A stretch of 50,381 nucleotides of DNA, taken from Candidatus Babelota bacterium (GTDB lineage: Bacteria; Babelota; Babeliae; Babelales; GCA-2401785). The notes under the pieces are model-generated. The model had not been told where the DNA came from. It did no database searches and saw nothing but the letters and a program-made list of their open reading frames with translations. Positions 8,577-16,558 of the stretch are shown here, piece by piece; position 1 is the first letter of the stretch, and every line of letters starts with the position of its first letter. Both the position numbers and the translations under genes were made by a program. The DNA lies in the NCBI GenBank assembly GCA_016871815.1, contig VHBT01000005.1, positions 1 to 50,381 of the forward strand, read 5' to 3'.

Positions 8577-9743
8577 CTAACGCGAAATACCCCATAATCC
8601 TGTAAATTGTTGCATAATTTTACCATCAAGCTGCAAATCAAATAGTAATTCCTGTGTTTTTGAAAGGTCTTTTTTCAGAAAATCGGCTATTTCTTCTTCC
8701 GACCGAGCGGTTGTTGCAATAAAGTGAAATAAATCCTGCTCTTTGCCCAAATCTGTACCCATTGTGGATACCACAGGCGAATCCTGCTCACTTTCGGCAA
8801 TTATTCCCAACCCAAGCTCCGCACACAAATCCTCCGGACCAGAAACAATTAATGCTCCCTGCTTTAAGAGCTTATGGCACCCGATACTTTGCGGTGACAA
8901 AATCGAACCAGGAACAACCCCAACTGTTCGCCCTGAATCTAAGGCATACGCTGCAGAAATCAACGCCCCGCTTTTTTCTCCCGCCTCAATAACCAACGTC
9001 ATAGGAGCAATTCCAGCAATAACCCTATTTCGCGCAGGAAATGTTCCGCGCTCAGGACGCTGCTCCATAGAAAAAGGCGAAAGAAGCGTTCCTCCCGTCT
9101 TTAAAATCTCATTAAACAAAGATTTATTTCCATAGGGATACCAGTAATTTAAGCCAGACCCCAGGACGGATATAGTTGGCATTTTATGGGTCACTGAAAC
9201 GCGATGAGCAGCAGCATCAACCCCCAAAGCTCCGCCACTAACAATTTTTACCCCGCAAGCAACCAGCGCAGGCAATAAATATTCAATACACGAAAGACCA
9301 TACGCAGTTGCGTCACGCGCACCCACCACCGCCAATAACTGTTCTCCTGAGCCAACAGGAGCACCTAGCCGATACAAAACAACTGGAGGCGCATAAATAT
9401 GCTGAAGCAGCTGTGGATATTCATCATCAAAACAACTGTCAACGACCACGCCAGCCGCTTCAACCAGTCGCAATTCGCGCTCTAGGTCAACTACCAACAA
9501 TGATTTTTTAATTTTCTCTATTGTTTTTTGCGAACTAATCCCAGCATCCAAAAAAAAACGTATCGGCGCATCGATAATTTGCTGCAATGCCAATGCAAGG
9601 TCGTGCTTGCGCTGCGCATAAAAGGAAATAACTTCTGACTGATCTGAGATACCAGAAATAACAGAAAGGGCCCTGTACACAAATACAGGACCCACATTTT
9701 CTGCAAGCAGTAACTTAATCAGTAACCGCTTATATGTTTGCAT
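8577..9743 (-). CDS. dprA: DNA processing protein DprA (Smf)
   Basis: Rossmann-like core motifs GARDATAYG, IVSGGALGVDAAAH, FPARNRVIAG, VIEAGEKSGALI. C-terminal winged-helix-like tail. Starts 5 nt after the gyrA stop. Confidence 0.9.
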   Translation of the reverse strand: MQTYKRLLIKLLLAENVGPVFVYRALSVISGISDQSEVISFYAQRKHDLALALQQIIDAPIRFFLDAGISSQKTIEKIKKSLLVVDLERELRLVEAAGVVVDSCFDDEYPQLLQHIYAPPVVLYRLGAPVGSGEQLLAVVGARDATAYGLSCIEYLLPALVACGVKIVSGGALGVDAAAHRVSVTHKMPTISVLGSGLNYWYPYGNKSLFNEILKTGGTLLSPFSMEQRPERGTFPARNRVIAGIAPMTLVIEAGEKSGALISAAYALDSGRTVGVVPGSILSPQSIGCHKLLKQGALIVSGPEDLCAELGLGIIAESEQDSPVVSTMGTDLGKEQDLFHFIATTARSEEEIADFLKKDLSKTQELLFDLQLDGKIMQQFTGLWGISR

Positions 9744-9748
9744 ATACT

Positions 9749-12376
9749 TTATTCTTCATCTAATTCTTCGGTGTCATCCTCAGGAAATTCGTCTTCTTCA
9801 AAAAGCTCTTCATCTCCCTCGTCCATAACATCATCTTCTACGATGGTACCCACAACAACCGGGGATGTCGAATTTGGAGCAGATTCTACAGGATTTTGAG
9901 AATTTTCATTCTCTTCTTCGAGCGACTCATCAAAAGAAGCAACAGCAAACACACGCTGCCCTTCATCAAGACGAATCAATCTTACACCCTGAGCACCACG
10001 TCTCATCGTGCGAACCTCTTGTGGAGACAAGCGAATAATTTTACCCGACTCTTCAATCAACAAAATGCTCGATTGATCTGAAACCAAGGCAACACCAATC
10101 ACTTCACCGTTTCGTTTTCCAACCGGAATTGTTCGAACACCAAGTCCACCTCGGTGAGCAACTCTAAAGTCTTCAACACGAACACGTTTTCCATAACCAG
10201 CCGATGTCACAAAAAGTAAATCTTTTGCATCTGCGAGCTGAATAACTTCAAGCCCAACAACCGTAGAATTACCTCGAATACGAACACCTCTCACACCAGC
10301 AGAGTGTCTTCCCATTGGTCGCACTTCAGTTTCTTTAAATCGAATACCCTGACCTGCGCTTGTTGCCAAGACAATATCATCCGAACCGGTACTTTGAGCA
10401 CAAAACGCAAGTTCATCGCCTTCATTCAAATTAATCGCATGAATACCTGTTTTTCTAACATTCGAGAACGCAACAGCTTCGGTTTTCTTAATAACCCCTT
10501 TAGAAGTTACCATAACCACATATCCTGATTGCAATTCAGCAGCACACAATAATTTTACAACCACTTCACCAGGAGTTAATGGAATCAAGTTGACAATTGC
10601 ACGTCCACGAGCTGTTCTGGAAGCCTCTGGAACCTGATACACGCTCAATGTGTACACTCGTCCAAGGTTTGTAAAGAAGAGAAGATCATCATGATTTTTT
10701 GCAACAAAAACGTCTTTCAAGACATCATCTGCTTCACCAAGATCTGCAACCGCGCGCTTGCCTTTTCCACCACGATGCTGCACTGCGTAGACATCAAGAG
10801 CAACACGCTTAATGTAACCCTTACTTGTAAGCGTTACCACAACTTCATCGTTAGGAATTAAATCAATATCCTCAAACTGATCGATTGAACCTTCGATTCT
10901 GCTTCTTCGTTTATCTGCGTATGAAGATTTAATTGCTTCCAATTCATCCACAACCTCTTTAATTAAGACTTCATGGTTAGAAAGAAGCAACTCAAGGTAC
11001 GCAATCACTTTACGAACTTCGGCAATCTCTGTAGTAATTTTATCGACCTCAAGCGCCGTCAAACGTTGCAAACGCATATCCAGAATTGCTTTAGCTTGAA
11101 CTTCTGAAAATGCAAATGTTTTACACAAGCCTTCAGACGCATCTTGTCCAGATTTGGAAGCTCGGATAAGCGCAACAACTGCATCAATATTTTCAAGAGC
11201 TTTAATTAAGCCAATCAATAAATGCTCGCGACCTTTATTTTTATCAAGATCAAATTCTGAACGACGTCTAATAACTTCTTGGCGATGCACTAAAAACTGT
11301 TCCAACATTTCACGAAGTGTAAAAATGTGTGGCGTATTATCCAGAAGCGCCAACAACATAATTGAATGTGAAACCTGCAATGAGGTGTGCTTGAATAATT
11401 GATTCAAAACAACCTGTGGAACATCTCCACGGCGAATATCAATAACGACACGAATACCATCACGGTTAGATTCGTCTCGGATATTAGTAATACCCTCAAT
11501 AACTTTTTCTTTTACTAAATCTGCAATTTTTTCGATCAACGCAGCTTTATTTACCTGATACGGAATTTCTTTAATGATCAATAAATTTTTTGATGAAGAT
11601 TCTTCAATATCAACCACCGCACGAGTAACTACGTTTCCATGACCGGTTTTATAGGCTTTTACAATGCCAGATCGACCACAAATAATACCGCCTGTTGGAA
11701 AATCTGGACCAGGAACGAGTGAAAACAACTCATCATCGGTAAGATGTGGGTTTTTAAGCAAAGCTAAGCACGCATCAACAATTTCTCCCAAATTATGGGG
11801 TGGAATAGATGTTGCCATACCAACCGCAATACCATTTGATCCATTGATCAACAAATTTGGTAAACGGCTTGGCAACAATGTTGGCTCTAATTTTGATTCA
11901 TCAAAGTTAGATTGAAATTGAACTGTTTGCTTATCAATATCATACAACAATTCTCGAGTAATTTTTGCCATCCGAACTTCGGTATATCGATACGCAGCAG
12001 CATTATCACCGTCGATCGAACCCCAGTTTCCCTGACCATCAAGCAATGGATATCGTTTTGAAAAATCTTGTGCCAAACCAACCATAGCCTGATAAATAGG
12101 CTCATTGCCATGTGGATGGTACGAACCAATAACTTCCCCGACAACGGTTGCAGATTTTCGATATGCTCGCTCATTGAATAACCCCAACGTATACATAGCA
12201 TATAAAATTCTTCTATGAACCGGCTTTAATCCATCACGAACATCAGGCAGCGCACGACTCACAATCACAGACATTGCGTAGTCTAGAAATGAACTTTTAA
12301 GCTCTCGTTCAATTGATAACGGAAGAACAGATAACGCAGGACTTGCTTGTGATGGCTTTTTCAGCTCCTCAGACAC
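9749..12376 (-). CDS. gyrA: DNA gyrase subunit A
   Basis: FLDYAMSVIVSRALPDVRDGLKPVHRRILYAM, active-site AAAYRYTEVRM, a C-terminal beta-pinwheel repeat region and an acidic tail (EELFEEDEFPEDDTEELDEE). Confidence 0.97.
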   Translation of the reverse strand: MSEELKKPSQASPALSVLPLSIERELKSSFLDYAMSVIVSRALPDVRDGLKPVHRRILYAMYTLGLFNERAYRKSATVVGEVIGSYHPHGNEPIYQAMVGLAQDFSKRYPLLDGQGNWGSIDGDNAAAYRYTEVRMAKITRELLYDIDKQTVQFQSNFDESKLEPTLLPSRLPNLLINGSNGIAVGMATSIPPHNLGEIVDACLALLKNPHLTDDELFSLVPGPDFPTGGIICGRSGIVKAYKTGHGNVVTRAVVDIEESSSKNLLIIKEIPYQVNKAALIEKIADLVKEKVIEGITNIRDESNRDGIRVVIDIRRGDVPQVVLNQLFKHTSLQVSHSIMLLALLDNTPHIFTLREMLEQFLVHRQEVIRRRSEFDLDKNKGREHLLIGLIKALENIDAVVALIRASKSGQDASEGLCKTFAFSEVQAKAILDMRLQRLTALEVDKITTEIAEVRKVIAYLELLLSNHEVLIKEVVDELEAIKSSYADKRRSRIEGSIDQFEDIDLIPNDEVVVTLTSKGYIKRVALDVYAVQHRGGKGKRAVADLGEADDVLKDVFVAKNHDDLLFFTNLGRVYTLSVYQVPEASRTARGRAIVNLIPLTPGEVVVKLLCAAELQSGYVVMVTSKGVIKKTEAVAFSNVRKTGIHAINLNEGDELAFCAQSTGSDDIVLATSAGQGIRFKETEVRPMGRHSAGVRGVRIRGNSTVVGLEVIQLADAKDLLFVTSAGYGKRVRVEDFRVAHRGGLGVRTIPVGKRNGEVIGVALVSDQSSILLIEESGKIIRLSPQEVRTMRRGAQGVRLIRLDEGQRVFAVASFDESLEEENENSQNPVESAPNSTSPVVVGTIVEDDVMDEGDEELFEEDEFPEDDTEELDEE

Positions 12377-12557
12377 ACTCTACCCCTTCAAAAATCTTAT
12401 AATTTTCATGAAATTATGAATAAAAAACACACGCATAAATAATACAATGAGAGCAACTTAAAGACAAGAATGAAGCCCGATGATACTTGATAAAAAAGCC
12501 TTACAAATCATTCATTCAAATAAAAAACGCCGTATTTAAATTAATACAAAAAACAAG

Positions 12558-12587
12558 TTGACACGCCTGACAATGAGTCACTAATAT
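12558..12587 (+). promoter_or_regulatory. Candidate sigma70-type promoter
   Basis: TTGACA (12558-12563), an 18-nt spacer, then TAATAT (12582-12587), about 36 nt upstream of the ATG at 12623. Confidence 0.4.
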
Positions 12588-12622
12588 TTATTTCCAAAAA
12601 GATGTGAAGGTCTTCTTGTCCC

Positions 12623-12958
12623 ATGAAACCGTTTATATTATCGCTTGCATCTATTTTGTTGTGCGCAACAACAGCTCTTCAATCTTTTTATCCTCCGCAA
12701 GGATCTCTCCCCTTAGCTTCTCGGGCTATACTTAGATCGACTCCCCATGGTCATGAATTTCTTTTTACGCGCCAAGAAGATCACTCATTCGAAATGGCAA
12801 TATCACATGATTTTCTTAAAGAAGGTAAATTCCATCATCCTTATTGCTTCAAATGCGAAACATATCTTGCTTGCGGAGAATGTGGCTGGACAGAAATTAC
12901 CGAAGAAATTCCAACACCAAAGCCTCGCCGCGACACAGAAAATGGAGAGAATGAATAA
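12623..12958 (+). CDS. Small secreted Cys-containing protein
   Basis: Signal peptide MKPFILSLASILLCATTALQ. Paired CxxC motifs (CFKC...CGEC) suggest a zinc-knuckle or disulfide motif. Confidence 0.6.
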   Translation: MKPFILSLASILLCATTALQSFYPPQGSLPLASRAILRSTPHGHEFLFTRQEDHSFEMAISHDFLKEGKFHHPYCFKCETYLACGECGWTEITEEIPTPKPRRDTENGENE

Positions 12959-12992
12959 ACTCAAATTTAAGCTCGCTAAGCTATCGCACTTT

Positions 12993-14072
12993 TTAAACAA
13001 CTGCCTCATCAGCTGCTGAATCTTCATTATTTGATTCATTATCTGAATATGAGTGACAACCATATAAATCCAAAACAGATCCAGCTGGTACCTCAAATCT
13101 AACGCCAGCGTACTGAATACCCTGTTCTTCACAAACTGAGTCAGAAGAAAAAGTTACATTTCCCGTAGGAACAATAATTCCGGAATCAAAACACGGTCCA
13201 TTTTTCCAAGCATACAAAGATGAGTCATTAAAAAACATTCTTGACGTGTTATCAAAAAGAACAAAATTGTTTTTTTGACTGCTGCGATATTCAAGAAACA
13301 AATTTTTATCAAACATTACACTGGAATTTGGCATAACAATTAATTGTGCCTTATCGCAAAAAACAAATGAACGCTCTTCTCCTTGCACCAATACATCACC
13401 AACAATCGCTACAGCTCCAGCAGTTACATAACAATTGCCCTCAAGACTCAGCTTTAAATTATTAAACGTAACAACCGAATCATCTCCCAACGAAATTGGC
13501 AATCTTCCCGCGCGAGTATTTTTGATAAAAAAATTTGAAAACTCTTTAAACTCAACTTCAGCACCATTTGCAATCCTAATGACCTTTTCCTTATTACTAT
13601 CAAAAAGCAATTTCATCGCATATCCACAGCCGTGAATAACCGCATGTTTTTTGACGCCAACAAAAGACCAGTCCATAGTAAGTTTTTCATCACTTCCTAA
13701 AAAAAACGTAACATTGTCCCCAAATTCTAAATTAATTCTCCCTGTACCTGATTTTATCTTCCAAGAATTAAAATTTTTAAGCGTTATATTTTTTATCAAA
13801 AGTGACGGCGTTGCATAATGCCCAGAATTAGTACCCTTTCCTTCTATCCACAAGCCAGTGCCTACCATTACCGACAGATGAGAAAAATCGAATTCCTGCC
13901 CGTTGCCATCCCATTCAAAATCAGCACAATCCGGACTGTAAAAAGTAATTATACTCTGTCCCCAAAGATTCTTTTTTTCTGTATACGTTGAAACAATTGC
14001 GCCCATAAAGCAGGGAAACAAGCCTAACCCTAACAAAACAACTGCGAACAAAATACGATTTTTCATAAACAA
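12993..14072 (-). CDS. Secreted repeat protein, shortest member of the 4-gene paralog array (one repeat unit)
   Basis: Signal peptide MFMKNRILFAVVLLGLGLF. WDGNGQEFDF...IKNITLKNFNS...LEFGDNVTF aligns with the C-terminal unit of the 728-aa neighbour (WDGGGYTMQF...LQNIVLKDFNS...IVFGNNVTI). Only 23 nt separate it from the upstream gene. Confidence 0.75.
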   Translation of the reverse strand: MFMKNRILFAVVLLGLGLFPCFMGAIVSTYTEKKNLWGQSIITFYSPDCADFEWDGNGQEFDFSHLSVMVGTGLWIEGKGTNSGHYATPSLLIKNITLKNFNSWKIKSGTGRINLEFGDNVTFFLGSDEKLTMDWSFVGVKKHAVIHGCGYAMKLLFDSNKEKVIRIANGAEVEFKEFSNFFIKNTRAGRLPISLGDDSVVTFNNLKLSLEGNCYVTAGAVAIVGDVLVQGEERSFVFCDKAQLIVMPNSSVMFDKNLFLEYRSSQKNNFVLFDNTSRMFFNDSSLYAWKNGPCFDSGIIVPTGNVTFSSDSVCEEQGIQYAGVRFEVPAGSVLDLYGCHSYSDNESNNEDSAADEAVV

Positions 14073-14095
14073 TTTTCTTTCACAAAAAACAGCCC

Positions 14096-16282
14096 CTAGC
14101 TGTAAGCTATTGCTCCATACACGTCCATCATTCCACCCGCCAGCAATTCAACATACAAACCACTAGTTGTGTCGAACACGAGAGCCTCTGCCCTAACAGC
14201 CCCCTCGGCGACAACTGTAACTTTATCATCAATAACCACAACTCCCGTTTGCAATCGTGGCGCCGTCATCGTTGCATACAACGTACATCCACTCAAATAC
14301 AATCTTGAAGTTTGATTTGCAAAAGTTAATTGCGTCTTAGAAGGAGCTACTGGCCCAGGAGTACAAAAACCAGATGAATCGTAACTAAAGGTAACATTTC
14401 GATCAACAAATAATGTTGATGCCGATTGGATAGCCATTGTGCCGTTTGATGAAAACGCAAATGTATACCCTTTCCCCTTCAAATAAACATCATTGTAAAT
14501 ATTAATGCTTCCTGCAGACAGGGTATAATTGCCAGATAAATTAAGATGCGTATTTCTTAAATTAATTACTCCTGAATGATCTGCACACCGAATTAAATTT
14601 GATGAAGCAACATAGGAATTAGTTGAATCATATAAACCCGTAATTACATCTGGTGTAACACCACCACTCAGACCCATAACATGAAGATCTTGCAAGTTAA
14701 CCGTTACACTTTGTCCAACTGCACCGGTACCCAACATGATACCAACCTTATTACTGCCCCCAAGCCCCGCAAACGAAAGATTCCGACCATTTCCTCGAAT
14801 CGTGGATACACCCTCGCGTCCTGTAAACGACCAGGTATAAGAAAGATCTTCGTTATCCCCAAGCTCAATAGTGACATTATTCCCAAAAACAATCGATGCA
14901 TTTGACAGTAATGTAACCGCTTGTGAATTAAAATCTTTAAGCACTATGTTTTGCAACGTAACCGTTTTTCCTGCAGCAACAGATATAGATCCCGCCTGAG
15001 CATCTCCTCGAGCAAACTGCATGGTATAACCACCACCGTCCCATGTTATATTTGAAGCATTTGCTCCTCTAAAGTTCAGAACACGATCTGGAACACTAAA
15101 TCCTTCATTTTGACGTTGAATATACACAGAATTATCAACATAAAATTTTGAACCGTAAGTCAAACCACTTGGTCGAAGCATTAATCGACCACCATTAAGC
15201 GCAATAAGCTGTGCACCATCTGGAGACGCGGGGGTTATTGGTTTTAAATCTGGAAAAGAAAGCGTATCGTACTCTAGAGTCGTTGCATCAATTGTTGCTA
15301 TCGCTCCAACAGCAACTGTTAGTTTATTAGTTCCGGTAACAATCATTGAATTTGCGCCATAAAAATATAAATTTCCCTGGGTGAATGTATAATTTCCATT
15401 TAACTGCAAGACGGTATTTGAAAGCGAAAGCGTCGAGTTTGAGTCACACATCACAATTGTTCCTTGAATCTCAGACAGACCCTTAATAACAACATCTGTG
15501 ATGCCAAGGCCAACGCCCGCCTGAACAACAAGCGAACCGCCAAGACTCAAATCCAGCACATTTCCATTACCCTGCAAAACTGCAACACTATTATCTGGAC
15601 CGAAGTACCACATTCCCGTAAGTGTTAATGCCGCATTTAATGTCATATCTGTCGCACTTAAGAAATATAAATTTCCACCCCAAATAGATGATTTTCCGGG
15701 GAATTGCAACGTATGCGAATTGATATCAACAATTCCATCACCACACAACATACAATCATCCCCGATCGAAAGCGTGTCTTCTAAAACAACTCGACCGCCA
15801 TTCAAATAAACATCGTGATTTAATTTATTTTGAATCGAAAATTTGAGTTCTGAGGCTTGATCTTGAATGACGATTGGATCTAAGAACCGAGGAGTTCCTT
15901 CTATTAAATTATCTTGCCCAGACACAACCAACCCAACAAATGACATCCCTGGCTGCGCTCGCATCTGAGAAGCCCCTGAAAGAACTAACTGCCCTCCGAT
16001 TGCTGCCGTATTAAACTGCCCTGACCACTGAGCACTCACCCCATTTTTTTCGATCGTTCCTTCTGCAAAAACAATAGGAAGCCCTTGCAATTGAGAGAGA
16101 GCATTATCACTTATCTCCAAAACACCCTGAAAATTTTCAATAGCCGATCGAAGAACCAATCGAGCATTTGGATTTTTGATTCGCAATCGAGAATCTTTAC
16201 CCGCAAACGAAATAACAGCCCCACAAGAAAAACCTTGTAAAATACACCACACAAAAAGCAAGAACCTTAAAGCACTACGCAT
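14096..16282 (-). CDS. Secreted beta-helix-like repeat protein (paralog array member, 728 aa)
   Basis: Signal peptide. N-terminal ISFAGKDSRLRIKNP parallels LIFAGKEARLKLLDP of the next paralog. LNGGRVVLED motif and repeated NxY-F-xGxLxFxG motifs. Confidence 0.8.
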   Translation of the reverse strand: MRSALRFLLFVWCILQGFSCGAVISFAGKDSRLRIKNPNARLVLRSAIENFQGVLEISDNALSQLQGLPIVFAEGTIEKNGVSAQWSGQFNTAAIGGQLVLSGASQMRAQPGMSFVGLVVSGQDNLIEGTPRFLDPIVIQDQASELKFSIQNKLNHDVYLNGGRVVLEDTLSIGDDCMLCGDGIVDINSHTLQFPGKSSIWGGNLYFLSATDMTLNAALTLTGMWYFGPDNSVAVLQGNGNVLDLSLGGSLVVQAGVGLGITDVVIKGLSEIQGTIVMCDSNSTLSLSNTVLQLNGNYTFTQGNLYFYGANSMIVTGTNKLTVAVGAIATIDATTLEYDTLSFPDLKPITPASPDGAQLIALNGGRLMLRPSGLTYGSKFYVDNSVYIQRQNEGFSVPDRVLNFRGANASNITWDGGGYTMQFARGDAQAGSISVAAGKTVTLQNIVLKDFNSQAVTLLSNASIVFGNNVTIELGDNEDLSYTWSFTGREGVSTIRGNGRNLSFAGLGGSNKVGIMLGTGAVGQSVTVNLQDLHVMGLSGGVTPDVITGLYDSTNSYVASSNLIRCADHSGVINLRNTHLNLSGNYTLSAGSINIYNDVYLKGKGYTFAFSSNGTMAIQSASTLFVDRNVTFSYDSSGFCTPGPVAPSKTQLTFANQTSRLYLSGCTLYATMTAPRLQTGVVVIDDKVTVVAEGAVRAEALVFDTTSGLYVELLAGGMMDVYGAIAYS

Positions 16283-16410
16283 ATGCCTAAATGCTCCACA
16301 TTTTCAATATAAAAAAGCCTGTGAGAAACTAGTGCGATCAAGATGAAACAGTCAACACATCTCGAGAAGTAAAAAAGAATTAAAATCATTCATAATCATG
16401 AAAAAAATAA

Positions 16411-16487
16411 ATACCAGGAACGATCAAACGTCGAACCTCTAAGCCTCACGCAAGGCGCCCCCCGGCCAACCCTCCTTGGAGTGGTAT
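16411..16487 (-). other. GC-rich 77-nt element bounded by inverted ATACCA/TGGTAT; candidate complex terminator or structured RNA
   Basis: ATACCA (16411-16416) and TGGTAT (16482-16487) are complementary. The interior is strikingly GC-rich for this genome (GGCGCCCCCCGGCC). On the minus strand it is followed by TTATTTTTTT and lies 71 nt past the stop of the 927-aa gene. Confidence 0.3.
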
Positions 16488-16558
16488 AAAAAATAGCAAT
16501 TCTCTTTAAAAAAAATCAATAAGAGCAAAAAAGGAATATAAACAAAATGAATTATTTT

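Noticed and set aside
12747-13132. ORFs 12747..13019 (+) and 12803..13132 (-) bridging the convergent gene ends
   Set aside because: Both overlap better-supported signal-peptide ORFs (12623..12958 and 12993..14072) and lack start-site support.
16411-16487. tRNA gene call for the 77-nt GC-rich element
   Set aside because: Only a 6-bp closing stem and a GGTTCGA motif fit. I could not build a T-stem (AGAGG vs TTTGA), a 7-nt anticodon loop or a D-arm. I kept it only as an unexplained structured element.
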